Source of the DNA: Podarcis erhardii
Lineage: Eukaryota
DNA: 64,000 nt
Assembly (NCBI GenBank): GCA_964252035.1
Contig: OZ176206.1
Reading direction: 5' to 3' (one strand)
In this document: positions 36,321 through 48,487 of the stretch, in pieces
How positions within the stretch are numbered: position 1 is the stretch's first letter
How the letters are laid out: every line of letters begins with the position of its first letter
The notes under the pieces: generated by a model
What the model was told of the DNA's origin: nothing
Seen by the model: the letters and a program-made list of their open reading frames with translations, nothing else
Database searches by the model: none
Position numbers and translations under genes: made by a program

Positions 36321-36413
36321 CACTCAAGGAGAAAAGCTGCCAGTGAAAAGGGGGAAGCAGTCTGCATGTACTCAGAAGCACTCTTGTTCCTATACGCTCT
36401 GGAAGCCTTCACA
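36321..36413 (-). CDS. Candidate 93-nt symmetric (phase 2) exon
   Basis: Acceptor CTCTGTTTGCAG|, donor GTG|GTGAGT; single open frame VKASRAYRNKSASEYMQTASPFSLAAFLLE(W). Protein not recognised. Confidence 0.25.
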
Positions 36414-37519
36414 CTGCAAACAGAGTTCTGGAGGCTGAAACAGGTGATGAAAGTGAACCTTGGCAAGAATATATTAGGTTTGTTGAGAACTGGAAGAAGC
36501 AAATTGTGAAGAATGTATCCTGTCTACTCAGGTGAAGGGTGACATATCACTGACTGCTCAGCCTGCCACTATGTCTGAAGGTTGGGCATCTCAGGGAGAG
36601 AGAGAAAATGTTTTTAGAAAAACACATGCCAGTGCCTTCAGTTTCTGTGATTAGAGGAAGAAGAAACTCTCCGCTCTATATGTACATAAATAGATTGGCT
36701 TTTTCCACTGAAAAGGAAGCGGGGAGTCAAACAGGAGCCACACTGTGGTGTCATTGTGTTTCTAAGGAAGCCTTTTAGAGAGGAGTCCTTCCTGCTAAGC
36801 CACTAGGAATAGTTCTGCCTCCCATCCCAGCCAACAGAGGCTATCAAAGCACTGCCTTCCAAGATGCAACACTTTTGACAGATAACAGGAAATTGAACTG
36901 CCCTGAGCACACCATAGAACATCTGATAAATATTATTTGGAAACTTGATTGAGGTTGAACTTGGGCATTTCTACCACTTTCTGAACCCAAACAGGAAGGA
37001 TTTCTTCCGTGATTCACCTGAGGCAGTTTTTTCTGTGGCAAGCAAGGAGGACAGTTCAAATAAATATTGGCCTAGATGTTGCAGCCCCCGGCAATTTAAG
37101 TGTATGCAATTTTGCCCAATGTACATGTTTTTGCAATCAAATTTCCCCTATTTTTTTGTAGGTTATCTTCCATAATATATGCATCTTTAGGCAAATTTTC
37201 CTAGTATATGCATTTTTTGACACATTACTACATTGCAAGGTGTCCAAATCCTCACTCTGCCATGAAGCTCACTGGGTGTGACCTTGGGGGCCAGTCCCTG
37301 AGCCATTGCAGCAGCCCTGGAGGGGTGGCTGCCCAGTCAGCCAGCAGTGCTTTTGGAGGAGTGGGAGTGCCCAGTAGGGCTTGGAGGGAAGAAAGATGGA
37401 GAGAGCAGGTGAGAGTTGCAAGAGGAGGAAAAAAGAAAGGAGGGAGGGAGGAGGTGGAAGTGGAAAGCAGTGAGCAGAGGGAAGAAGGAAGGCAGGCAGA
37501 CAGACAGCAGATGAAGGAG

Positions 37520-37603
37520 GAGAAGGAGAAGGAGAAGGAGAAGGAGAAGGAGAAGGAGAAGGAGAAGGAGAAGGAGAAGGAGAAGGAGAAGGAGAAGGAG
37601 AAG
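37520..37603. repeat. (GAGAAG)14 hexanucleotide repeat
   Basis: Seen directly. Confidence 0.95.
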
Positions 37604-38379
37604 AACAGGCCCAATCCAACCCTGATGGCTAATGGAAGTCACTGATGGAGCACAAAAGGTGACAAAAAGCAAACATTTTGCGTTTCTGGTCCATGATCTT
37701 TCCCAGCTTTGGAGGTACCAATACATCCCCTTGTCAACAGCATAAGGGGGGATAGATATTCCTCTGAAGGCAGAACATCACTGGAAGCAGATGAAATGGA
37801 AGCAACACCCAGATCTCCCATTCATATCTTGCTGTCCTGGTCATAAAGATGGAACTGTAGACAGAAAGTATTCCATGACTAAATGGAGGAATCCTGACTA
37901 ACTAGAGAAAAGCCAGCTTTGCATTTTAATTTGAACCTTTATACGACATCGGAGGTTCTGAGCACTTGAGAAGCACTGCAGTTTCCCCTTAGGGAAATGG
38001 TGGAAGTCTTTCCCTTTCTGTCAAAGCCAACTGGCCAGGAGTTTCAGTATCTCTTCTCAGTGAGATCCACATTTTTCTGTGTTCTGCCTACCTTTGCCAC
38101 TTGATACGTCGGGAGGCTTGTTCCTCGCTATTACACAGTATCGCTAACAAGACAGCCCTGTTGCAACACCCCAGTGTGATGCTAAGGGGAAAATGTGTGT
38201 GTTTTAAAAAGACCCATGCAGCATGAGGCCAGATAATACCGCCAGCCTGAATGCTAACATCTCAGCCCCTCTTGCTTGGAAGTATCCATTAACAATGCTC
38301 CTCTTCAACAAAGAGCCTGTGGAAACTAGATAGCGGGAGCCGAGTTTTCAAGCCAATTCCACCCCACACAGCAATTGCT

Positions 38380-38640
38380 GAATTCATATGCAGGCTTTCT
38401 GTGCCTCATAAATTTTCATCCTGGCATCGCTTCTTGTTCTCTTTTACCGCATTTTCAAAATGTAGGTTACCCCTTTTGCATTTTAAACAGGCGCAATTGT
38501 ATCTAATGCCTGGGTTTTTATGGCCACTAAAGCACTCCTCAGTTTGATGAACTGATCTCAAGCGAGGTAAATTATGTCACTCATCGGCTTTGTCAGTAAA
38601 TCAAGGGGTGACACTTCCCTGATTTGTAAAGGCTGAAGGG
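38380..38640. promoter_or_regulatory. Candidate developmental enhancer
   Basis: Minus-strand TTGATTTACTGACA (PBX-HOX plus MEIS type) at 38591-38604 and TTTATGG at 38517, in unique CpG-retaining sequence. Confidence 0.35.
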
Positions 38641-40964
38641 AAGGATTCACATGGAAAACCTATAAGGCAAGGTTAGATTAATAAGCAGTTTAAAGAAAAT
38701 GTTCCTGCTTTAATGGATATGGTACATCCAAAATCAATTCTGGTTCACTGACATTTCAGAGACTTCTTTCTGAGGATCACTAGAAAGACTGTATTAAACA
38801 CTTTATGGAAAATTCAATCCTGGATTTCTTTGCTTTACAGTAATTGACAACATTTCCATATATTGCCATGTGGTTTTAGTGCTGTAAAGTTTCCTTGGTG
38901 CCCTTCCGTTCCTGCCCCCTCCCTTCTAATTATTTTGCTTCACTCTGCCTGCCACCAGGGAAAGAAAAGTTGCATTTCAAACTTGCCCTTTATGTCTTAC
39001 ATTCTCATTTGCAAAATGTTGTCCTCCTGCACCTAACACCAACACAAATGGCTGGTGCCACAGATCCTAGGATCAATCAGTTGCTGAAGCAGCCCAGCTC
39101 CAAGTGCCTAAGGCCAGCCATTCCTGCCTATGCAGATGCCTTGGCAAGAGCAAGTGTGTGCAAGGGATGCTGGGGGATTCCCTCTTGCCTCAGCACTTAC
39201 TTGGAGAGGTGAGCAGATTCCCCTCAGCTTGCATTACATGGGCTTTGTCATTACTATTGCTTAGTAAATTTAAATACCTATGTGGCTTGAAAGATCAGCA
39301 GAGCTACATATTCTAAATCATTTTATCCTCACAACAAAATAGATTAAGCTGGGAGACTGTGACTGGCCCAAGGTCACCCAGTGAGCTTCATGACAGAGCA
39401 GGGAAGCAGGAGGCCTGCAGACATTTTGTATTTTTCTGTTGTGTACCATCCAGGGAACTTTGGATGAAAGGCAGAATACAAATTTAATAAATAACAACAG
39501 CAACAACAGCCTTACAGCTCCTTCTCCTGCCACCTCCTGGTGATTTTGCTGAGGTGAAAAATTGGCTTTAATGCCTCCACTACTAGTCCCTCATAGGAAC
39601 ATTTCCCCTCCTGCCCCGAACCTCTTTGAGGCAGGATTAATGAACAGAACTATGTTTCTTAGGGGTTCTTACATTCAGAGAGACTCTGAATCGCTGCTCC
39701 CCAGCATCCTCTTCAAAATGCAAAACCAAAAATCATACAAGTAGTATGCATTGCATTTTATTGAATATAATTCAATTTGTGAGAGGGTTGGAACTAGAAA
39801 GAGGAAAATCCCCTAAAACAGGATTACAACTCACATTTCCAAATTCCCCATAGAGTGTTCTGAGCCACTGCACTGCCGCATTAATATCAACTGAGAGCTT
39901 GTTCTCCATTCTCCTACAGGTGAGCTCGGCAATGACCAGAAGATAGATGGCCACAGCACACTTCCCCACCAGCCCCTTGATATGGGTCCAGGAGATCATG
40001 ACCATCTAGAGCAGGAATCAATATCAGCAGTTTCATGTTAAGGAGCAAAGCTTTGGAGCAGTTAATCCTATGAGAGATACATCTGGAGATGGGCCAATAT
40101 TTACAAGCAATTTACAAAGCGAATAAAACAATGAAACTGTAAGAGGGGAAAAGTTAAAACAGACTATTTAAAACATTCAGAAATCATTAAAATAAACGAT
40201 AATATAAAAACCAAATTAAAACACATTTTTATGGCCCCCTTTTTTCTTTTCTTTTTTTAGAGAGAGGCCATCTTCTTCTCTCCAACGAAGTCCACAACCA
40301 TCTCCCAAGGGGGCAGGGAGGCATCAAGAGGGTCCAGTCCAAGAAACCCTGCAGCCAGGTGTGCCTAGATCAGTTCCTACCTGCAATCTTGAGAGCAAAT
40401 TGCAGTGGAAGTTCCCCCTTTCCCTTCCTATGCCTTCCCCAAAAGCAAATTATTGGCTTCCCCTTGGCTTCTTTGAGTCCCCGACATTGTGCCATTAACC
40501 TTTTGTCCCTCCCCTCTGTGTGCCTCAGTCTCCTTCTTCCTTGCCAATAAATTCCATGAGGTCTACCCCATTTGAGGGAATGAACAGAATGAAATCTTCA
40601 TGTTCATGTGAGGCTTTTGGTGACTTGCCTCTTCCCCCTATTCTGCCTTCCATAGGAAGTAAGCATCTCCTAAGCAAAGAGGTGTCCAGGCTGCCCAAGG
40701 TTAGTCAGGACCATGGACAGCAGTGTGGGTTCAACCCAGAGCTCTGGCGACACCAGCCAGAAGTCAGAACCAAACAGTAACCAAGAATGGAGGAACAAGT
40801 CAGAGCTTATTGCTCAAGCAAGACTCAACTGCCACAAGAAGCCTTTAATACTCCTTCCTGCCCAGAAAAGAGCTGAGTCAGCCAAATGTTGGAAGGTGCC
40901 TTTGGGGCTCATGGGAGTTGTAATCCAAAAAATCTGGAGGGTGAAGGGTGCTATATGGCTGAAG

Positions 40965-41009
<45 letters not shown>
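40965..41009. repeat. (TGC)15 trinucleotide repeat
   Basis: Seen directly. Confidence 0.95.
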
Positions 41010-41010
<1 letters not shown>

Positions 41011-41017
41011 CTCAGGG

Positions 41018-41236
41018 CAACAGTTAGAGTGTCAGACCAGGACCAAGGTGACCAGAGTTCGAATCCTCACCACTCGGGCAAGACCTTCACTGGGTCTCAG
41101 CCTAACCTTCCTCACAGGGCTGTTGTGTGGATTAAATGAGATGGGGGAGAACTATGTATGCCACCTTGAGCTCTTGGAGAAAAAGGTGGAATAGGAAGGA
41201 AGGAAGGAAGGAAGGAAGGAAGGAAGGAAGGAAGGA
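41018..41236 (+). mobile_element. tRNA/CORE-type SINE with (AGGA)11 tail
   Basis: B-box GAGTTCGAATCC; core CTCAGCCTAACCTTCCTCACAGGGCTGTTGTG. Confidence 0.75.
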
Positions 41237-42518
41237 AGACTCCTGGAGCTGCCTCTTCACCCTCTGCTTACCATCTTTCTGAAAAAGGAGAAAATAACCC
41301 CCAGGCGATATGTCCCTAAAAGCCATGGTTGGGCCAACCAGAGGGTAATCATGATACCACCAAGTGGCCCATGTCATCCACTGACCCATGGCACCTAATT
41401 GTGATTTAGGGGAAATGTGTGGAACAGATCACAGCAACTTTTTAAAGAGGACAGTAAGGAAGCATTAGAGCCCATAAAGGGCTAAATCCCTTTTAAGCAA
41501 ATGGAAGCCATTCATTGTTGAATGTGCCTGTCCTATATTTTCCACATTGTTAACTTTGCTGTAAAGCTGCTTTTGCGATGGCACTGGGAAAAGCAAAGAG
41601 CATCCCAGAATAGCCTGTGTTAGTTTCAATTTTCCTCCTGAGGCTCAAAAGTTAGAAAGCAGGCAAAAGGGAAAGGAAGGCCATCCAGCCCATCCCTTGA
41701 TGTGGGGGAATGGGCAGGATTGCCAGGTCTCCCCACATATGTCCATCTAACCAATCCAGGCTTTTCCTGAGATCAATATTAAATCATTATATTGGATGTA
41801 GTAATTTTTAATGCATTGGCTTATTAAGGCATGCTTACCCTGCCTTTCTGCTCTCAATAATGCCCAAGGCAGTGAAAAACAACATCAAAATGTCAAGACT
41901 AAAAACAATAAAAACCCACCTGAGAATTGCACTTACCCTTTTGAGCAACAATGGCAAAGTTTCTAGACGGCAAGAGAAGGAGAGTGAAAATGGGGTGTTA
42001 AAAAGAATAACTCAGGATTTTTTCAAGGGCCGCCTCAAGGTCACTTCTAAGGGCAACAGTTTCTAAATAGCTGTTGCTCCACCATTTGGACCTCAAATAA
42101 GTCATTATACTGCCACTTACAGTTTACTGAGGCTCTTCCTGTAAATCGTTCTCTCATTGTAACATTTTGTACCCATAACTGAAGTTATTTGGCCATGAGC
42201 TTGCAGGGAAGGTTAGGAGGGGCTTGTGGAAGCAAGTTCTTTGCAACGCTGGGATTTGAACCAAGGATTCTCAGGATCTTAGGGTATTATACAAGAGCAT
42301 TTTCTTAACATTCTGTGCACTCCACATACAACATCAACCATGCAATTCATCAGTCCTATAGTTTCTTCAGAAATGCCACTGTTGTGTTTCATTTCTCAAA
42401 GCGGCTTCAATCCAACTAGAAAATTTAAGCTGCATTCACTCGATATTTAAGTCATGTGTGTTTATTTGAGACATGCACAGATTCAGAAATAGAAGTTATA
42501 GAGAGGAAAAAGTTACAG

Positions 42519-42804
42519 GAAGAAGAAGAGGAGGAGGAGGAGGAGGAGGGGAAGGAGGAGGAGTTGGAGTTTGGACTTGATATCCTGCCTTTCACTCCCC
42601 TTAAGGAGTCTCAAAGCGGCTAACATTCTCCTTTCCCTTCCTCCCCCACAACAAACACTCTGTGAGGTGAGCGAGGCTGAGAGACTTCAGAGAAGTGTAA
42701 CTAGCCCAAGATCACCCAGCAGTTGCATGTGGAGGAGCAGGGAAGCGAACCTGGTTCACCGGATTACGAGTCCACCGCTCTTAACCACTACACCATGCTG
42801 GCTC
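42519..42804 (-). mobile_element. Squam-type tRNA SINE
   Basis: Reverse-complement match to 36044-36295. Confidence 0.88.
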
Positions 42805-43244
42805 AATCAGGTCAGAATCTCTATGTTACACCACCTTTCCTAGTTCTCTTCTTATCCCTTATCTTATACACAGAAAAGTACGGTAATTTGTCACATTTCT
42901 ACTGCATCTTCCCTTTCAGAATCACTCTGAACAACGTTACATTCTAGAGGACATCAGAAGTTGCTGAGCTCTGGGAATCGACCACCAGCTTGCACCAGCC
43001 CATGAAATGTTCTTTTCCATTCATTGGATTTTTAAATGCACCTATTTGCAAAATGTTCAAATAATGCCGAGCTGTACGCTAGACTGATGTGACTTAAAGC
43101 TTCCTGGGGCACAGATAATGTCATGGATTCAAGTGCCACATTTGGCAAAGGACAATGCCATCTGGATCCTGGCTCTTCCAGTGTTGGGAGGCTCATGGAG
43201 CTGGAGTTTGCAGGTGATTGTAGAGCACCTTCATGAGTCCAACT

Positions 43245-43362
43245 AAGCCTTAGCCAACTAGGTGCCCTTCAGCTGTTTTGGACTACAACTCCCATCAGGT
43301 GACTGAGACTGATGTAAATTGTCCTCCAAAACAGCTGAACGGCACCGGGTTGGTAAAGGCTA
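43245..43362. mobile_element. hAT MITE
   Basis: TTTTGGACTACAACTCCCATCA core as in 10629-10764; near-TSD GTCCAACT/GTCTAACT. Confidence 0.75.
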
Positions 43363-43544
43363 GTCTAACTTATAATTTCTCAGGAAATGGAAGAAAGTTC
43401 AGTTTAGAACTCTATGTCTTTCGGGGGGGGTGTAGAACAGAAACCGTGCGATTCAGTTTATTTTGCACTAGCAGAAATGCACGCAGAACTTAATTTACTT
43501 TTTTATTCAGTTTGCAGTCCACCATCACCTGATTATCAGAACCA

Positions 43545-43930
43545 TAGAAGATAAGTAGAGCCTGCTGGATCAGGCTAATGGTCATCTAGTCCAGCATCTT
43601 CTTTTCAGAGAGGGCAACCAGATGCCCCAAAGGAACACCCACAAACAGGACCTGAGCACAAGATTCCTCTCCCCCTCCTGTGGCTTCTAGCAGCTGGTAT
43701 TCAGAAGCATTACTGCCTCCAACCATGGAGGCAGAGTCATTGTGGCTAGCAGCCATTGATAGCCCTCCCCTCCATGAATTTGCCCAATCCTTCCTTAAAG
43801 CCACCTAGATTGGTTGTCATCACTGTCTCCTATAGAAGTGATTTCCAGAGTTTAACTATGCACCTCATGAAGGAGGACCTCATTTTATCTGTCCTGACTC
43901 TTCCAACATGTAGCTTCATTGGATGTCCAT
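43545..43930 (-). mobile_element. CR1 3' fragment
   Basis: ATAAGTAGAGCCTGCTGGATCAGG...CATCTAGTCCAGCATC...CATTGGATGTCCATG. Confidence 0.8.
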
Positions 43931-43950
43931 GTCAACATGCAGAGGGCTGG

Positions 43951-44587
43951 CAAAGATTAAAGCCTTTTGGGAAATGATCTATAATGAAATTAAGAAGGTA
44001 CTTAAATGTACCTTCCACAAGAAACCAGAGGCATTTCTTTTGGGCATGGTCGGCCAATTGGTGTCAAGGAAGGATAGGACTTTTTTTATGTACGCCACTA
44101 CAGCAGCAAGGATCCTTCTAGCAAAGTATTGGAAGACACAAGAACTTCCCACACTGGAAGAATGGCAGACGAAAGTGATTGACTTTATGGGATTGGCAGA
44201 AATGACTGGCAGAATCCGTGACCAAGAGAAAGAGACGGTGGAGGAAGATTGGAAGAAGTTCAAAGCTTATCTTAAGAACTGTTACAATATTGATGAGTGC
44301 TAAAATGTCAAGGGAAAGGAAGATACAGAATTGCAGCTGAAATTGTTTGTGGAATTAAGATGAAATTGAGAAAGATAATAAGCTTTAATTAATTGGAGTA
44401 AAGGGTTGCTGAAAAATTGTAAAATAAGGATGCAAAAAGGGTGAGGTATGGGGAAGTCCGAGAAAGAAGGCTTATGAAAATGAGGTTATGAAACTATATG
44501 TGTGTGTTTGTTTTTGTTTGATGATGTGTGTATGTTGTATCGTTTTAAAATTGGAAAATTAATAAAAATTATTTTTTTTAAAAAAAG
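43951..44587 (+). mobile_element. 5'-truncated L1-clade copy (same family as 7764-10914)
   Basis: ORF2 C-terminus FWEMIYNE...EEDWKKFK...EC*, 3'UTR, tail, perfect 16-bp TSD ACATGCAGAGGGCTGG. Confidence 0.95.
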
Positions 44588-44799
44588 ACATGCAGAGGGC
44601 TGGGAGGCCAGCTGGCAAGCCCCAGCTGTGCTGTCTCCATCCATCGGCCCGTGCTCCGACGCAAATCAGCGACCCGGACTTCAAGAGCCAGGGCACACTA
44701 TTAGCAGAGTGTACTGCGCACACAGAATAGGTGTGAGGCTTGTGAAGTCATACTATAACTACAGATTTATTAAACATAAATCAGGACAAAGAAACAGGA

Positions 44800-45011
44800 C
44801 AAAGTCTAGCCTCTGCCTCTTCCCTGCCGGAGGAGCCGCCCTCCAGCCGCTGCCCACCTCCTCCAGCCCCACAAAGCTGGGTGCGTTGCTGGCAGCGCTG
44901 TCCTGTCTCAACAGGCTTCCACCACCACTGCGACAACTCTGGGAAACAGGGGGAGGGAGGCGCTGGAGGGATCTTTGCACCACAGCGCCAGATATTCTTA
45001 AGACGGCCCTG
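44800..45011 (-). mobile_element. One end of a hAT element related to 59998-60338
   Basis: GGATCTTTGCACC...AAGACGGCCCTG matches the reverse complement of the 59998 left end; other end not found. Confidence 0.55.
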
Positions 45012-46463
45012 CCTATGGGCAATGGTGACACCTCCTCCCTGACCCTCTGGGCTGGTGCTGCATTAAGGTCTTAGTGATGCTCTCCAGATCTGTCCCTTCA
45101 CCCCCAGTTTCAGGATTGTGTTCATCCTGGATCATTTGTCCCTGTTTTGACTTTGTCACAGTGCAGAGACCATTTTCCTTGCTCCTCACTGAAAGGAAGG
45201 AGCAGCAGTCACAGCAAGAAGAGTCCGTGACTGGCCCTTTGGACTGGCTCGGAGACCCATTGGCTGAGTGCTTAATTAGCTCCCCATAAATAAACATCAT
45301 TTACAAGACCCAAACATTTAAAACACCCTGTTAAGCATCTGAAACATAAATGATTTAATTATAGACCAGCTCCGGTTTATACCGACACTGAGATGAAACG
45401 CGATAGAGCAGCTGTCTATGAATATTTTACAATGAAATTGCTCTCCATCTTCTGTGTCCACAGAGGGTTGCGTTGCAGGTTGGGAAGGCAGCAATCTGCC
45501 TGTGGTAAGAGCAGCCTTCATTTGTGCAGCGTGCAGATAACCCTCCTCGGGAGCGGCTTGCAGCGAGAATGGCACGGAATTGCAACATACACACCTAAAC
45601 TTTATCTTGAGCTGTGAAGCTTGTTTTTGGCATGGACCGTTGCCCCTTTGCTCAACCGGGTTTCCTACAAAACTAGAGCTCTTTAACACGGCTGAGGCAT
45701 TGCTTCCCCACAATTACTAGGAATTGTGACATTATAATGGAAGTTCCAAACAGTGCTTAATATTGCAAAGCATTATGTGGCCATCCCTACTCTCAGAGCC
45801 TAGAAACTTCAATAATGTATACCCACAACAAGCTCCATTTAGCAAAGGTATTTTCAGTTTCATATCTAAATATGTCCATTAAATATTAAAAGAAAAGAAA
45901 ATTCAGAAGAGGAAACGAGTAATTAATGCCTCTCACCCCTGTTTCTCAGGAATAGAAGCTAGCATTGGGGCTGTTGATTGCTTATATTCCAGGCTGCTAA
46001 AAACCTACTCTTTCTTAAATTAAAACAAATGAAGGCTTTGAATCTGGGGGTTGTGGTTCATCCTGGGGACACCAAAGAAGGTGCTACAGGTTCTGGGTTG
46101 ATGACGATTCCTGATTTATTCAGTTATACTCTACAATGATGCTATTATTCCATACCTTTCCTGGGAATAATATACCCCCATAATAGTGGTGGTTGTTTGT
46201 TGTTATATTTATTTATATCCCACCTTTTCCCTAGCCTGGGACTCAAGGTGGCTTACACAAATTAAAAACAAAAGAGACAAAATACAAAAAGCTAAAAACC
46301 TTTTGGGCAGGATGTTTTTAATCTATTTTTCTTTCCCTTTGGTTTTAATGTGAGGTTTATTGTCTGTTTATTTGGTTATAAGTTGCTTTGGGTTGCCCTG
46401 GGCAAGAGAAAGTGACTGACAAATTCAAAAAATAATTATAGTATATTATGACATATTTATATT

Positions 46464-46540
46464 ATTATATTATATTATATTATATTATATTATATTATAT
46501 TATATTATATTATATTATATTATATTATATTATATTATTA
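46464..46540. repeat. (ATATT)n pentanucleotide repeat
   Basis: Seen directly, about 14 units. Confidence 0.9.
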
Positions 46541-48030
46541 TATTTTTATAATAATTGTTAAAAAGTAATTAAACACTAATAGAATTAAAAACAATATAAA
46601 AACAAATAATATTATTAATCTATTATATTTTTTGTTCACACATCAGTCCCATTCAGCAAAGGTTCCAGTAGCATTGCTCAAAGCTTTCCTCTCCGTAGTC
46701 TTATTTTCTGATGAGCATTGGTAAATGGTTACTGATTTTAAAAAGCCTCTCTTAATTGTCCTGATGTCAGCATCTGCTTCAGCTGAGTGAAGCTTTAATT
46801 ACAGGTTACATGCCTATTTTTCCTCTTCATTTTTTATGGTGAAAAATAAAAAAATAAGAAGTGGAAATCAATTATTAAAGCCTTCCCCTCCCACAGCAGC
46901 AGAAACTGACATAGGTCACACATTGCTTATTCCTCAAATCATCAGGAAGCAATAAACTGGACTGCACCTGCAAACCTCACATCTAGAGAAATTTAGCAAG
47001 CCTCCTCTCTCTATACATTCACATATGCTTTGAAAATGCTTTTATTAGTAAACACTTTTATCATTTGGATTGGCTGGTATGATATGTTTTATGTTATTTT
47101 ACATTATTGTGAGCTTATGGTGTGTTGTTGATTATGTGATGTGTCCTTGTGTTAAAAAATTTGCAAGCCATTTTATAAGGGGTTATCCAAGGTGGAGCAC
47201 AGATGTATCAAAACAAGCAAACAGGAAGTGTTTAATTAAAGGCACAGGAATTCATAGAAATCTCAAAAATCTTTAACACGTATCAGGGTATTTAAAAACA
47301 CAGAAAACACTGGGGTGCATCAATTCTTTTGACAGCAGCAGCTGGAGTTTGAAGAATGAACGAACAAAAATTAGAAATTCCAGGGCTGAGAGGGTTAGCA
47401 TGGAAACAGCCTTTGCTATACTAGCCATTAAAGTTTCATGCTTAAATCAAACTCTCAAACATAAGCAAGAAATGATAGAAATGGAGGGGAGCAGGCCTTC
47501 CCTTGGGTGGCAGAAGAAAAAGAGGATAGGGCTCCTGTACCTTTAATAGTCAGCAGATTCCAGCAGATTGCATGTCAAACTACACCTTCATCTGACCTTC
47601 ATTGCATGTCAAACTACACCTTCATCCCTTATATAGGCTACACACACACACACGCCATATATTTAAAGCATATTCCTTTCCGCCCTGCCCCCCCAAAAAC
47701 GGGAAGCTTATGCCTCAGAGAGTTACAATTCATATCACCCTTAGCAAATTACAGTTCCCAGGTTTCTCTGATGGATGGGAAATGTGCTTTAGGAGTATGG
47801 TGTGTCTGCAGCCTAAACTAGCAACACAGCCTGAGCTGTGCAACCATCCAAGCCCTGAAGTTCTCTTCTTTCTTGGACCTTGCCCAGATGCAGGTCACCA
47901 GAATTCTCCAGCTTCCTTTCTGGTGATCTGATTCTGCCTTCTTTGGTGCATCAGTTGTGTCGCTTAAATCTTAATCTGGCAACCTGGGTTCTTTCCATCC
48001 TTTTTTCAGGTTCGTGGTTTTAATTGGGGG

Positions 48031-48487
48031 CAAGGCTGGCACAACCATTGGGCAGAGGGAGGCAACTGCCTCAGGTGGCAGTTGCTGATGGGTTGCAGCA
48101 AAACTACCTCCTTGACTGTTCCCCTCTGTCGAGGGCAGAAGCAGGTGTGTTGGTGGCCTTCCCTGCACACCCCTCAAACTACCCAGCAGCCCCCAGGTGT
48201 GCTGGGAATTGCTGCTATCCTGTTGCCAGCATTGAAGTTTGAGTCAGCTCTCAAGAGATAGCTCTATCCTCAAGAGATAGCTCAGTCAGTAGAGCAAGAG
48301 ACTCTTAATCTCAGGGTCATGGGTTTGAGCCCCACATTGGGAGAAAGATTCCTGCATTTCAGGGGGTTGGACTAGATGACCCTTGTGGTCCTTTCCAACT
48401 TTACAGTTCTAGTCACCTTCTGGACATGGAAGCAGGGAACCATATTGTTCTTTGCCTCAGGCAGCAAAATGTATTGAGGTGGCTCTG
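48031..48487. mobile_element. Old hAT MITE carrying a SINE insertion
   Basis: CAAGGCTGGC...TGCCTCAGG at the left end and TGCCTCAGGCAGCAAAATG...GGCTCTG at the right end. Confidence 0.5.
48273..48410 (+). mobile_element. tRNA-Lys(CTT)-derived SINE with CR1-like tail
   Basis: TAGCTCAGTCAGTAGAGCAAGAGACTCTTAATCTCAGGGTCATGGGTTTGAGCCCCACATTGGG resembles tRNA-Lys(CTT) and is followed by the CR1 tail GGTTGGACTAGATGACC. Confidence 0.85.

Noticed and set aside
37208-37726. EK-, SF-, PS- and poly-Leu-repeat ORFs
   Set aside because: All arise from the (GAGAAG)14 repeat.
40713-41194. Poly-Cys and poly-Leu ORFs
   Set aside because: Produced by (TGC)15 plus an adjacent SINE.
48273-48345. Functional tRNA-Lys(CTT) gene
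   Set aside because: Acceptor stem is mismatched, CpG decay affects the B-box and stems, and it is fused to a CR1 tail, so it is a SINE head.
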